This document shows positions 1 through 13,203 of a stretch of DNA of 64,000 nucleotides, piece by piece. The stretch comes from the human T2T-CHM13v2.0 reference genome, Homo sapiens. The DNA lies in NCBI GenBank assembly GCA_009914755.4, contig CP068257.2, positions 2,432,001-2,496,000 on the forward strand, written 5' to 3'. The notes under the pieces are model-generated. The model ran no database searches and had not been told where the DNA came from. It saw only the letters and a program-made list of their open reading frames with translations. The position numbers and the translations under genes are program-made. How positions within the stretch are numbered: position 1 is the stretch's first letter; each line of letters begins with the position of its first letter.

Positions 1-740
1 TTTATGCAAGATGTTTTGCATGTGACCAAGTTTGTTATGATCAGAAGAAAATTAAATTATAAGTCTTTCTAAGGACTGAGCTTTGGCATTAAAAATACAC
101 TAATACAAAACTGAAAAAATATGGTCCCCTATGTTAGAACAACAAGGTTTTCTTAAAGTATTGATTTAGTTTTCATAAAACTGCAAGAGGTTTTGAGTTT
201 TAATTCTGAAATCTGTTCCCTTAACAGCCGTCTTCTAAACTACAGACAATTTCCATTTCTGTCAAATATTTTTCTGAGATCTATTTAATTTGCCTAGTTT
301 GAGGGTGGAGATTCAGCTCCCCCTTTTTCTTGCCTAAAAAGGCACAACATCTTGGCTGAGGTGATAACTTTTCTTTTTTTGTCAACTCTTGTACCTTTTT
401 TTTCTGTGGTTCCAACTCTGCTGTTATGTCCTGATGCTGAAATTTATATCCTGAAAAATCTAGAAAAACAGTGTTTTACTCCAATATAACTTGAAGTTAA
501 TAAAAGTCTGATGGTCCTGATGTGATGTAGTCAGTCATGATTCTGGTTGCATGTAATAAAAATAACCAAGTTTCCTTGTCAATTGGGACATTTGATCAGA
601 TTTTAAATCATGGCTATTCCAAGTTTTTGTCATTCACAGTTGTTTTGAAAATTTCTCTAAAAGCATTTGCAATCTGCTGTAGTCCAAAACAGCTTTTCAT
701 AGAAAATAACAAATACTCTTGAACACAGAATTCTGATAAA

Positions 741-985
741 TTTTTTGAGACAAGGTCTCACTCTGTTGCCCAAGCTGGTATACAGTGGCACAGTCTTGAC
801 TCATGGCATCCTCTACCTCCCAATCCTCTAATCTCAGCCTCCTGGATAATTTTTGTATTTTTTTGTAGAGATGGGATTTCTCCATATTGCCCAGGCTGGT
901 CTCAAACTCCCAAGTTGAAGTGATCTACCTGCCTCAGCCTCCCAAAGTGCTGGGATTACAGATGTGAGCCACTGTACCTGGCCAA
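741..985 (-). mobile_element. Alu SINE (antisense), poly-T leader at ~738-748
   Basis: Reverse-complement Alu hallmarks: TTTTTTGAGACAAGGTCTCACTCTGTTGCCCAAGCTGG ... CCTCCCAAAGTGCTGGGATTACAGATGTGAGCCACTGTACCTGGCC. Confidence 0.9.
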
Positions 986-1917
986 ATTTTTGGTAATTTA
1001 AGATCAGTAGACTAAAAAAAAATCTCCAGAGCTTAAATGAATAAACTGATGGGTTTATAAAACTGTTAATCAAGATTAAACAAAACAACTACATGAAATT
1101 AAGTGGTTCACGAAGATGATGTTTTTATGACTTTTATTTGAAACATTATTGGCTGTGAAATATTTTGTTTTCCAGATTTAAGAAAACTTTATCTCGTAAG
1201 CTACCTACAGTTTACAAAAATTCACTAAAGTATAATTTTTTGAACAAAGATGGAAGCATTCATTTTGTCTCCCTACTTGATTCCTCCAAAATTTGGAAAA
1301 CATTTGTGAGTATTCTTTTATTTTTACTCAATAAATATCTGTTTCTCTTCATAAACAGAATGTCATTGAAAACATTGGTTATATTATTAAGGCTTTGACT
1401 GAAATCTCATATTTAAGAAGGTGCATAAAGTGCCTGGCTTCCAGTGCTTCCGCCTGACAGTGAATGAGTAAAAATTGTCACATCCTGGCAGGCCAAAGAA
1501 CTTTAAGATTGTAAGTAAAATCTAAAACCTCCCTTGCTTTGACTTAAGAGGTTTTTAAACCTGAACTTTTTGTAGATTAATGTAGAGAGAAAGTTCTGTT
1601 TCTAAAGAAAAACTATAATGCATCTGTGAGTAGATTGTAAACCTGTGCATGCTTTTCAAGTTCTTGTTATCTACATGTAGATTATACTAGATCTTGAATT
1701 TTCCTAATGTATTTCTCCAAATTTGGCAACAACTCTCCAACTAAAAGCAAAAGTTGCTCTGTTACTAAAGCCCTATGAGCTGAAACTAGATAAATTTTAA
1801 AGAATAAACATGTGCCTGGTGTATGGATCACAGAAAGAGTTCACCAAACCACCTGATGTCATGACCAAAGACATTCAAACTACAAAGCAGGAGAAGTTAA
1901 TGTTTTCATGCCGATTG

Positions 1918-1985
1918 TCCCAGATCATTAGAACAGATTTTCCCAGGTCATTAGAACAGATTTTCCCAGGTCATTAGAACAGGAC
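1918..1985. repeat. Short tandem repeat, ~22-bp unit x3 (CCCAGGTCATTAGAACAGATTTT)
   Basis: Three near-identical consecutive copies read directly. Confidence 0.8.
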
Positions 1986-3039
1986 TGCATGTGATGAGAT
2001 TTTTACCCTTCCTCCTCCTTAATGCTACATTTTTCACTTGGCAGAATAATGATGTGAATGAAAATTCACAATCAATAGCTTCTGCTCATAAGTATCCTTT
2101 GGTTCAATGAGAAAATGACTATGTTATTGTCAATACTGTATGCTGTACCTGGATAAATTTCTCCTGGAAATTAGAAATTTATAGACACAAAAGAAGAAGA
2201 CAGGCCTCATGGTTACACCATCTCACCTGATTCCTTATTGTCATTTGATTTATTCAATTAGCTCTATGTAAGGCGAGATTAATGGCTCAAAGCCATTATG
2301 CAAACTAGAATTGTCCTATTACTATTTACTTCATAATTTCCCTTTTTAAACTGTGTATCCATTACTTAAGTTTTTTTTCAAAAGTTCAACTCCTAACAGA
2401 ATAATGCCGGTACAGCACTTTGAGATGATAGCAAAAGACTACAAAACAGACAAAATTGAACTTAATAATGAACTCCAGGTAGACTTAGCCTGAAAACTAC
2501 TCCCTTCAAATCTCCCTTCTTGCTCCAAATGTGCCTAAAAGGATTTTGACACTGACTCTTAAGTGCCAATTAACCCCACCTCAATGTGGGACGAGACCAA
2601 AAACCAAAATAGGTCCATCCTAGCACCAAGGGCCATCAAAACAGAACTAAAAGATGATTGATCAGTGATGCTTTTGGAAAAAGATCTGGAGCACAAAAGG
2701 GAGGGGAAACGTGAAATTTGTCTCAATCAAAATAGAGTCACTAGTGATAACAAAATTCTGACAGCTCAAGCTGGGGAAGGCCATGAAGAGAGCATTCTCA
2801 TGTGTGTATGCCTGATGATGAAAAAGATTCTACAAAAATTACAACCTTGCACAAAGTCCATGACAACGTTATACAAAAAAAAAAATTCTGTAAGGACACC
2901 TGCCCAGTAACTACTGCCTTCCAACCATGGACAGGCGTCACGATCGTTATTGATTTTTGTAGCCAAGGATAATTATTTCAAAACAATTATGTAACCTTCT
3001 TCATTTTTTCCTTTGAAAACCTTTGTCTTTGATGTAATT

Positions 3040-3745
3040 TGGATGTTTGCCCTCTCCAAATCTCGTGTTGAAATGTAATCCCCATTGTTGGAGGTGGGGC
3101 CTGGGGAGGTGACTGGATCATGGGGGCAGGTCCTTTATGAATGGTTTAGCACAATCCCCTTCGTGATAAGTTCTCACCCTGAATTCATGTGAGATCTGGT
3201 TGTTTAAAAGTGTGTGGAGGTTGGGCGCAGTGGCTCACGCCTGTAATCCCAGCACTTGGGGAGGCTGAGTTGGGCAGAGTACTAGAGATCAGGAGTTTGA
3301 GACCAGCCTGGCCAACATGGTGAAACCCTCTCTCTACTAAAAATAACAAAAAATAGCTGGGCTTGGTGGCATATGCCTGTAATTCCAGCTACTCAGGAGG
3401 CTGAGACAGGAATCGCTTGATCCCAGGAGGCAGAGGTTGCAGTGAGCCGTTATCACGCCACTGCACTCCAGCCTCAGTGACAGAGTGAGACTCCATCTAA
3501 AAAAGAAAAAAGAAAAGGTGTGGCATCTCTCCCCTCCCTCTGTTGCCCCTGCTCTCACCATGTGATGTGCCTGCTCCAACGTCAAATTCTGCCATGAATA
3601 AATGTTTCCTGAGGCTCTCACCAGAAGCAGATGTCAGAACCATGCATCCTATCAGACCTGTAGAACCATGAGCCAATTAAACCTCTTTCCTTTATAAATA
3701 GCTCAGCCTCAGGCATTTCTTTACAGCAACATACAAATGTTCTAG
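3040..3745 (+). mobile_element. MaLR-type LTR (THE1/MST-like) fragment, split by the Alu at 3219-3515
   Basis: Left part ...CCCCATTGTTGGAGGTGGGGCCTGGGGAGGTGACTGGATCATGGGGGCAGG...GATCTGGTTGTTTAAAAGTGTGTGG. Right part ...CACCATGTGATGTGCCTGCTCC...AACCATGAGCCAATTAAACCTCTTTCCTTTATAAATAGCTCAGCCTCAGGCATTTCTTTACAGCAAC. Both match the remembered THE1/MST consensus architecture. Confidence 0.65.
3219..3515 (+). mobile_element. Alu SINE (sense) with A-rich tail
   Basis: GGTTGGGCGCAGTGGCTCACGCCTGTAATCCCAGCACTTGGGGAGGCTGAG...GAGACTCCATCTAAAAAAGAAAAAAG. Confidence 0.92.
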
Positions 3746-5344
3746 CAGAGTCTTTACCTCCCTGCATATGCACATGGTTTACTATGGCACACATATTTCT
3801 ATTCAATGCTCTATTCCCAAACAAGAGTATTTTCTTTCTTTTAGAGAGACTCTGTTTCCTGTGTAGGTTGATGGTTCCAGCTGATCTCAGAAATACTGGA
3901 AAAGACAAGCAAAACTGTGGCAGATCAGGTCTCATTAACAGTTGAACAGGAAGGACTCCGTGACAAGAGCTTCCACACTGACTGAACTGGTTAGGTTAAA
4001 TATTAAAGGCTGAACGAAGAGTTGCCCTTACACAAAGGCTGGAACATAACAATAGCAGACAAAAAGTCTGGCCTAGGCCTTTCCTGGGCCTTGAAGCGCA
4101 ACAAGATAACAAAGAATTTCTTACATTCTTCACACCAGGATGCATTTAGGATTAAAAACTTCTGTTGGATGTCTGAAGAAACTCCCCCAGACCTCCACAC
4201 CTTAGCTGGAGACAAGATAACAGTAATCACCTCCAGCACCAGGACCCCATCTAGATTAGGCAAACTTACTGAGGCTCCGGAGGAAGGTCTCCAGGACCCA
4301 GAACTTAGTTATAGATTAGGTGGAATCAGTCACTTTTGTCCTTAGGAAAATGCACACTTACACACAGACATACAGCTTAGAAGGTATATAAGCTCTGGAA
4401 AAACTTGGTAACTTTGAGTTTGTCTGGTGATGTTTTCCCCAGCCTTCTCCCTATACCTGGTTACAGAAATAAAATCTCTTCTTTCCAAGTTTGTCTGCAT
4501 CTCATTACTGGACCATGAGAACAAGCAGCCAGAATCTTGATTTGGTCCAGGAACACAACCAGCTAAAGAAAATCTGAATTGGGATTAGAAATATGGAGGT
4601 ATGTAAACAGATCAGTTTGAATATTGGGCTCCAAATCCTTTCATAGATATTAAACATATACCTGAAATTACAAATGAGGTAACCATTCAAAAGCTTATTC
4701 ATGATTGAAGAGGGGCTGGGATACCCGTTTCTTCTTTGGGGACATGCTTTTCATTAGCCCTAATCTCATAATCCACATAGGAGTTCCTTTCTTCTAAAGA
4801 TTTTTCTTTTTTTACCACTTTATTCACTGCTGCTTGAAGGGCAACACCAGATGCAGGTTGAGCCAATAGTGCCAGCCAGTAAGAACTGGAGTGCACAGTA
4901 AGAACTGGGGTGCACTGTAAGAACTGGGGTGCACTCCCACCACCATTACCAGTGCTTTCACACCCTCCCATGGGATGCAGTACCCACGGCAGAGGAGCAC
5001 TCTGAACATAGTTGTGGGTTACGAGGCTGCATCTGCAGTCCACACTCTTACCAAACCACGAGATCAATGCTAACTCCCTAAAGCAGGCTGGGAACACAGA
5101 TCTTCCTCCTTCACACAGCTCTGGGAAGCTCTAACTTCTTTTTGCACTTAAGATAAATTTTCATGCAGCAATCCCACTACCAGGAACTTATCAAAAGGAA
5201 ATATTTGGAATGCACACAGATGCATGCAGTTATTGATCTGTAATTATCTGGATGTCTATCAGTAAGAAATTAGTTATTTAAATTTATTCACATGCATTCA
5301 AATGACAACTCCACAACCTTTAGGAGAATAAAAATGGATTTCAA

Positions 5345-5605
5345 GGATCTTCTCTCTCAGAGAGGCAGTGTAGAGTGATGGCTAAGAGTTCCAGCTGGCA
5401 GCAAGCTCACCTGGACTCACATCTGAGCTCTATACTTACTGTCTCTGTGGCCTTGGGTAAATTATCAAGGGCTCTGAGCCCCACATCCCCCATCTGTAAA
5501 ATGGATTTTTAGGAAGATTAAATGGGTTTTAATGTAAAGTGCCCAGGACACACTGTACTTGGGACATAGCAAGAATTCAATGCAAATTAGTCAGTATTGA
5601 TGACA
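5345..5605 (+). mobile_element. MIR SINE
   Basis: Core-SINE region ...CTGTGGCCTTGGGTAAATTATCAAGGGCTCTGAGCCCCACATCCCCCATCTGTAAAATGGATTTTTAGGAAGATTAAATGGG...GTGCCCAGGACACACTGTACTTGGGACATAGCAAG matches remembered MIR consensus (..GACCTTGGGCAAGTTACTTAACCTCTCTGAGCCTCAGTTTCCTCATCTGTAAAATGGGGATAATAATA..). Confidence 0.8.
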
Positions 5606-5812
5606 TGTCCTTAAATGAGTAAAACATGTTATGAAACAACATGTAGACGATGCTTATATTTTTATTTCCTATGTGAACCCAAAATATCTGAGACAGGTCT
5701 TAGTTCAGAAACTTAATTTTGCCAAGGTTAAGAACATACCCATGACACAGACTCAGGAGGTTCTTATGACATGTGCCCAAGGTGGTTGTGATACAGCCTG
5801 CTTTTATACATT

Positions 5813-6110
5813 ATTATTTTTTTCTCAGACAGAGTCTCTCTCCATCACCCAGGCTGGAGGGCAGTGGCTCAATCTCGGCTCACTGCAACCTCCTCCACCT
5901 CCCATGTTCAAGCAATTCTCCTACCTCAGTCTCCAGAGTAACTGGGATTACTAGGGCCCGCCACCACAGCCGGCTAATTTTTGTATTTTTAGTAGAGACG
6001 GGATTTCACCATGTTGACCAGACTGTCCTCGAACTCCTGACCTTGTGATCCACCTGCCTCGGCCTCCCAAAGTGCTGGGTTTACAGACATGAGCCACCAC
6101 GTGCAACCAC
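5813..6110 (-). mobile_element. Alu SINE (antisense)
   Basis: TTTTTTCTCAGACAGAGTCTCTCTCCATCACCCAGGCTGGAGGGCAGTGG ... CCTCGGCCTCCCAAAGTGCTGGGTTTACAGACATGAGCCACCACGTGC. Confidence 0.92.
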
Positions 6111-6807
6111 TTTTATACATTTCAGGGAGAAATGAGACATCAATTAATATATGTAAGATTTTCATTGGTTTGATCTGGTAGGGTGGGGAGCTTCCAGGTC
6201 ATAGATAAATTTAAACATTGATTGAAAGAGTTATTAGTAGAAAGGAATGCCTGTGTTACAATAAGCAGTTATGAAGACCAAGGTTTTATCATGCAGATGA
6301 AGCCACCAGGTCACAGGCCTCAGAGAAAATAGATTGTAAATGTTTCTTGTTACACTTGAGGTTTGTATTGATGTTAATGCTGGAGGGGTACAATGAGGCA
6401 TTTACAAGCCCGTTTTCATCATGGCCTGAACTAGAGTTTCAGGTTAACTCCGGAATGGCCTCTGCCAAGAGGATGGGTCCATTCAGATGGCTGTTGGGGG
6501 GCCTTAGAATTCCACTTTTGGTTAACACTGTCCCCCTTCTGGCCAAGTCAGTGGCCACCCAATTTTTATTTTGTCCTGTAGTGTTGCCAGGGTGGCGTAG
6601 CTACCTACTTCACGTCCACCCTATTTTTGTAGCCTGTCAGTTTCAGGTGATTACCTAAGAACCTTAAGATACATGGTTATTTTACCAATAATTTAAGATT
6701 TAGCTGTTTTCATTAAACCGCAACATTAACATCTTATTGGTTTAAAAACCACAAAAGCAGAGATGATTCTGTTTGGTGGCTGGCTTTATAGTTTTATAAC
6801 TTTTCAT

Positions 6808-7082
6808 TTTTTGAGATGGAGTCTCACTGAGACACCCAGGCTGGAGTGCAGTGGCACCACTCTGCTCACTGCAACCTCTGCCCCCTGGGTTCAAGAGATT
6901 CTCCTGCCTCGGCCTCCTAAGTAGCTGGGAATACAGGTGACTGCCACCACAGCTAGATTTTGTATTTTTAGTAGAGACGGGTTTCACCATATTGGCCAGA
7001 CTGGTCTCGAACTGACTTCATGATCCAACCGCCTAGGCCTCCCAAAGTGTTGGAATTACAGGGGTGAGCCACTGCGCCTGGT
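6808..7082 (-). mobile_element. Alu SINE (antisense)
   Basis: TTTTTGAGATGGAGTCTCACTGAGACACCCAGGCTGGAGTGCAGTGG ... GGCCTCCCAAAGTGTTGGAATTACAGGGGTGAGCCACTGCGCCTGGTC. Confidence 0.92.
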
Positions 7083-7249
7083 CAATTTTATAAATTTTAT
7101 GCCAAATTCTGACACCTTATAGTATGTGGCAGAGATAAGTATGAAATAGCTTGATCAATAAGTCATGTGAACATGAAAAACTTTTGGGCGAATTATTGAA
7201 TTTATGAGGACTCTTTAAGTTTAAGCCAAATTTGTTGCCTGTGATCAAA

Positions 7250-7312
7250 AACACGTAAGAAAATATGCGTACATACACATAAACACACACATACACACTC
7301 GTACAAACAAAG
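7250..7312. repeat. CA-rich simple repeat / low complexity (ACATACACATAAACACACACATACACAC...)
   Basis: Read directly. Confidence 0.7.
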
Positions 7313-7460
7313 ATCCTGTAGCTTTTGCTTCAGAAATCTAGCCATGAGATATTGATACAGACTTTTAGGTTTGCAAAACAATAACAAAAATAATTGGATG
7401 CAAACAGTGGACTTTAACTTAGTGAACAAATATTTAGTGCAAAGCCCCTCATCTTAGTAA

Positions 7461-8010
<550 letters not shown>

Positions 8011-8377
8011 CAACACCCCTTGGAATTTTTAACATGCTTGGTGAGAGGCAATGGTACTGGGAACCCGTGGACCTGCACACAGGGGGTGCCTCCTGTGGTA
8101 GTACCCGGGGCCCTGCTGCCACCAGCAGACCCCTGGCCTGTCCTGCTGACTGCCAGCTTATGCTCCTCCACCACCACCGCCTCTGGTCTTCCCAGTCATT
8201 TCCAGTGCTCAGGGTTGCTCCTCCTCTGTCTCCTCAAGCCCTCAGCTCAGTGCTGCCCCTCCAACCTCACTGAGACCCTTGGTGGTTCCTTTCCATCCTC
8301 AGCTCCCTCGCAGACCCTGAGTAGTATCCAGCCACACTCAGTTCTCTCTCCTGGATGCTCTGTCCTCCCTTGGCCAC

Positions 8378-8474
8378 TCAATACTACAGTATTTAAGTCC
8401 TATTCGTCATAGTCTTTGTTGGGGTATGATGATGAGTAAGAGCCATAGTTCACAGTGAAGTGGCCTGATTCAAA
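8378..8474 (+). repeat. Copy 1 of a ~92-bp direct repeat (copy 2 at 9247-9344)
   Basis: ACTACAGTATTTAAGTCCTATTCGTCATAGTCTTTGTTGGGGTATGATGATGAGTAAGAGCCATAGTTCACAGTGAAGTGGCCTGATTCAAA is near-identical to 9253-9344. Confidence 0.85.
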
Positions 8475-8522
8475 TTAGGGTTAGGGTCTGGTTCTGGGTT
8501 AGGGCTTGGGGTGTTAAAATAA
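8472..8522 (+). repeat. Degenerate telomere-like (TTAGGG)n tract, ~6 units
   Basis: AAATTAGGGTTAGGGTCTGGTTCTGGGTTAGGGCTTGGGGTG immediately downstream of direct-repeat copy 1. Confidence 0.6.
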
Positions 8523-9246
8523 AAGCCTTAGACAAGTTCAATTTCACAGAGTTTAGTCGGGCAGAAAAAGGTTCATAAACTGGGTAGCACTCAGGACAAA
8601 TGTGATTCAGAATCCTCCACCACACAAGGGGGTGCAAGCTATATTTACAGCCAGAAAAAAATGACATACAGAGAGCCTTTGTTGGCTGCAGTCAGCATTT
8701 GCCTTATTTGGTCATGTTTTCGCAGCTTTCAGCCTGAGACTGGCTGCAGGAACCTTCAGCCAAGACTTGGCTCCTTGGCACAAGAATGTATACTCTTGGT
8801 TTATAGTTTGTGTTCACATTCAGTCATGTTACAGTTCACCATGTACAGAGGCAGCTTTATGCCCAACTTGATTTAAAAATTAGCTACTTTGGAGAGGGAG
8901 CTTTGTGAGACCGACCAAAGGCATGAGCAGTGACACCACCTTCTGTCATCATCATGGTGAATTTTTTTGATCTCAGTACGGTATTCATAGTCCACGATGT
9001 CAAAATAATTACATGATTCTCATGTTTTCTTCAAGGTTTTGTTACTCCAATCATAATGAGACTAGTTGATGTACAAAGAATGTGCTGCATACTAGTACGT
9101 AAGACTTTTAAGTGAGTACAATACATTAGTGATGACATCATGCTGGTTATCAGAAGGATAATACCAAGAAACTTAAATGCGCCCCTTAACAGGAATTTCA
9201 GCAAAGAAAACATTAAAATCAAACAATTCAAAATTCAGGCAAAAGA

Positions 9247-9344
9247 GAGAGTACTACAGTATTCAAGTCCTATTGTTCATAGTCTTTGTTGGGGTATGAT
9301 GATGATTACGAGCCATAGTTCACAGTGAAGTGGCCTGATTCAAA
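9247..9344 (+). repeat. Copy 2 of the ~92-bp direct repeat
   Basis: ACTACAGTATTCAAGTCCTATTGTTCATAGTCTTTGTTGGGGTATGATGATGATTACGAGCCATAGTTCACAGTGAAGTGGCCTGATTCAAA. Confidence 0.85.
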
Positions 9345-9407
9345 GAGGTATTCATGCTTTCAGTTGGTCTGTGTTTTACTCCATTTGTATTGTTATAAAT
9401 AAATACT

Positions 9408-9585
9408 TGAGGCTGGGTAATTTATAAAGAAAGAGGTTTATTTGGCTCACAGTTCTGCAGGTTATACAAGCAACATGGTGCTGGCATCTGCTTCTAAGGA
9501 AGCCTCAGGAAACTTACAATCATGGCAGAAGACTAAGAGTGAGCTGGCCATCACATGGTGAGTGTGAGCAAGAGACAGACTAGGG
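9408..9585 (-). mobile_element. MaLR-type LTR (THE1/MST-like) fragment, antisense
   Basis: GGCTGGGTAATTTATAAAGAAAGAGGTTTATTTGGCTCACAGTTCTGCAGG...GGAAACTTACAATCATGGCAGAAG is the reverse complement of the LTR 3' end (...CCTTTATAAATTACCCAGTCTC). A second copy lies at 28806-29160. Confidence 0.65.
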
Positions 9586-9617
9586 AGATGCCAGCCTCTT
9601 TAAATAAACAGATCTTG

Positions 9618-9893
9618 GCCTGGTGCAGTGGCACACACCTGTAATCCCAGTGCTTTGGGAGGCCGAGGTGGATGGATCATGAGGTCAGGAGATCGAGAGC
9701 ATCCTGGCTAACACGGTGAAACCCTGTCTATATTAAAAAACAAAAAAATTAGCCAGCGTGGTGGCAGGTGCTTGTAGTCCCAGCTACTCAGGAGGCTGAG
9801 GCAGGAGAATGGCATAAACCTGGCAGGTGGAGCTTGTGGTGAGCCAAGATCGCACCACTCTACTCCCTCCTGGGTGACAGAATGAGACTGTCT

Positions 9894-9930
<37 letters not shown>
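9618..9930 (+). mobile_element. Alu SINE (sense) with an unusually long pure poly-A tail (~45 A)
   Basis: GGCCTGGTGCAGTGGCACACACCTGTAATCCCAGTGCTTTGGGAGGCCGAGGTGGATGGATCATGAGGTCAGGAGATCGAG...GAGACTGTCTC(A)~45. Confidence 0.92.
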
Positions 9931-9932
<2 letters not shown>

Positions 9933-10129
9933 AGATATTATGTGAACTCAGAGTAAGAACCTGCTCGTGACCATGAGGACAGCACCAAGCATCCATGAGG
10001 GATATGTCCCCATGAACAAAATACCTTCCAGTGGGCCCACCTCCAACATTGGAGGCCATATTTCAATGAGAGATTTGGATGGGAGAAAACATCCAAAACA
10101 TATCAGTGGGATAAGACAAGTCATAGTAA

Positions 10130-10235
10130 CCTGGACTAAATGAAACAAAAATCAGAAAACCTTGGAATAGTCAAGTCCAAAACTGGACTAAATGAAACAT
10201 AAAAATTAGAAAACCTTGGAATGATGTCAACCATC
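10130..10235. repeat. Local tandem duplication, ~50-bp unit x2 (CTGGACTAAATGAAACA.AAAAT.AGAAAACCTTGGAAT)
   Basis: Read directly. Confidence 0.7.
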
Positions 10236-11099
10236 TTTCAGGGAGTCTACAAATCAGCCACATGCTGCTCCCATAAGCACGTCATGTGTTTCTTTCCCCT
10301 GAGAAATTACCTTAATGTATTCAATGGCAGTGTTTAGAGAAACGTATTACTGGCCACCATTTAAACTAAGTTCTCCATAGTAGTAAAATCAGGGGAAAGA
10401 GAAGTGGAACATTCAGTTTTGTTCAGCACCACACACAAGCCCCCAGCATGGACAAAGTGATGATTGAAAGCCGTGTCATGTTCCACCAAGTGTTTTTGTT
10501 GGACACAAACGTTCTCATCCACCAGTTGAAGGGTGACCTCTATCTTTCTAAATCCCAGTGAAGTCTGACTATCCTCCAAATCCAAAATTTTTCAACTTAC
10601 AGATTAGCTTCAAATTCCACACAACTGGCACCCCACTACCACCAAGTCTGAGGCCCCAAGAACCCCACTGGAAACTTGTCTCAGTGGAAACTAACTCATC
10701 TTCATCTATTTCAAAGTTGGTACTGATTTCCGTTATTGACTGCTTTGACCTCTGATTGTGGGAAATATTATGGGAACTTTTAAGGAAAGCTATTTGGAAG
10801 GCAGGACTGAGCCAGGTTAAATAACAACGTCCAAACCAGCAAGGAGGCAGAAGGAAGCAAATTCTCTGCGGACCCAGGAGATACCCTGGGAGCTGGAAAA
10901 GGGGTCACCTCATGGCACGTGAACCGAGCTCAGTTGCATTGGCTTATCCCTAAGTCTGCCTAGCTCCTGATCAAGTTGCAGGGGGAAACTTACTCTTATG
11001 TGGTCCACTTACAGTTGTGCAACCTACAATGTGCTCTAGATGGAGCAGCTGTAAGATGTCAGAGCTAGCAACAGCCTAGTCCCTGAGGCACTCTGGAAT

Positions 11100-11262
11100 A
11101 CCACTCACCCAGCTGCATCTGTTGAGTACCAAATGCCCCTCACCGACCTGCATCTGTGGAGTACAACATGCCCCTCACCGACTTGCATCTGTGGAGTACC
11201 ACATGTCCCTCACCCACCTGCATCTGCAGAGTACCACATGTCCCTCACCGACCTGCATAGGA
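11100..11262. repeat. Minisatellite, ~38-39-bp unit x4 (GCATCTGTGGAGTACCACATGTCCCTCACCGACCT)
   Basis: Four consecutive diverged copies ...CTGCATCTGTTGAGTACCAAATGCCCCTCACCGACCTGCATCTGTGGAGTACAACATGCCCCTCACCGACTTGCATCTGTGGAGTACCACATGTCCCTCACCCACCTGCATCTGCAGAGTACCACATGTCCCTCACCGACCTGCAT. Confidence 0.85.
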
Positions 11263-11814
11263 AGGTGCATGAGAAATAAGTTCTCTTCTGAAAATTAGCG
11301 AAAATTTCAAAAACTATACAAAACAAAAATACGCATTCACAGTCTCTGGAAATGGTCCCAAGAGCATAGAGCAAATAAAGTTTTACTCACATGCAGGAAC
11401 TCAAGGAACTTCAAATTAAACAAACACAAAGAGATCCACAGACACATCATAGTAATGATGTCAAAAGCTAAAGAAACATAGGAAACGCTGAAAGCAGAAA
11501 GTGAGATAAAGAAAGAGGAGCCATTGAGCTTAAAAGGGATCCTCTAAAACTGTTATAAGCAGGAGGAATCCCAAGGAGACTAACAGCTGATTTTTCACCA
11601 GAAACAATAGAGGCCAGGAAGAAGGGGAATAACATATAAAATGTCTGAAGAAAAAATCCTGTATTCACCATGGCTATGGTTAAAAACTGAGGGTGAAACA
11701 AAGACATACCTAGATTAACAAAACTGAGATAATTCATTGCTACCAGACCTATCTTACAAGAAATATTAAAAGAAGTTGTTCAGGCTGAAAATGATTACCC
11801 CAGACAATAATCCA

Positions 11815-11817
<3 letters not shown>

Positions 11818-11848
<31 letters not shown>
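11818..11848. repeat. (CA)n microsatellite, ~14 units
   Basis: CACACACACACACACACACACACACACG. Confidence 0.95.
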
Positions 11849-11850
<2 letters not shown>

Positions 11851-12555
11851 TCAGTAAAGGTAAATATGAAACTCTAAAACTAATATATTTTATATTATGA
11901 AAATAATAAACGGCAGTATAAATGCACATTTTTCTATTTTTTCTCTTGATTTGGAAAGCAATTTATAAAACAATGTCTATTCAATGTATCGTTTGTCCTG
12001 TGACATACAAAATTTAATATGTTTGCCAATAACAGTCTAACCGAGGTGAGTGGGAACAAAGCTGTATTGGATTAAGACAGCAACTCCATATATCAGACTA
12101 CAGACAACTCAAATCTATAAAAACAAATGAAGAGAATAATAAATGATAAATAAGAAGTAACTTAAAATTTTAAATATTTCTGTGCTTTACTTTTTCCTCT
12201 TAGCTTCTTAAAAGACATGGTTATATGATGTAATAATTATAACGATGTATTGTTGAGTTTTTAGTACTTATAGATGTAATACAAATAAGAATAATACCTT
12301 AAAAAGTTACAATAAGAAGGGTGTAGAACTACGTAGGGTACAAAGCTATGTGCAGAAGGGTGTGGAACAAGGTAGCGGTAATGTTTTTGTGTCTAACTGA
12401 AACTATTCTGAATTAGCATGAATCTGAAGCTGATTCTGATAGGTTAAGATTTACAGTGTAATCCCAAGAACGCTGACTAGGATAATAAGCCAAAAACAGA
12501 GTATTAAAATCATTAAAGAAATGTAATTGTCATTTTAGAAAATATTCACTGTTGC

Positions 12556-12909
<354 letters not shown>

Positions 12910-13203
12910 TTAAAAGTACATATAAGGAATACAAAACAAAAATTAAATGTCTGATATGAATATAATTATATCAATAATAATATTAAATATGACTTGATTA
13001 AACAACGTAATCAAAAGTTAATTCTTGTCAGACAATAAAAAATAAGATCTTCTATGCCATCTACATTTTAGATTCAAAGATATGAATAGAGTAAAAGGAT
13101 GGAAATACATATATCATGCAAACAGTAACCCTGAGAAAGCTATTCTAAAGTAGCTATACTAATATCAGACACAATGAATTTTAAAACAAAACAAAAAAAA
13201 AAT

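Noticed and set aside
4022-5097. Several 100-130-aa ORFs on both strands in unique sequence
   Set aside because: There are no recognisable motifs. They overlap on opposite strands, a 21-bp tandem repeat at ~4868-4935 inflates ORF 4699-5097, and the lengths are expected by chance in 64 kb.
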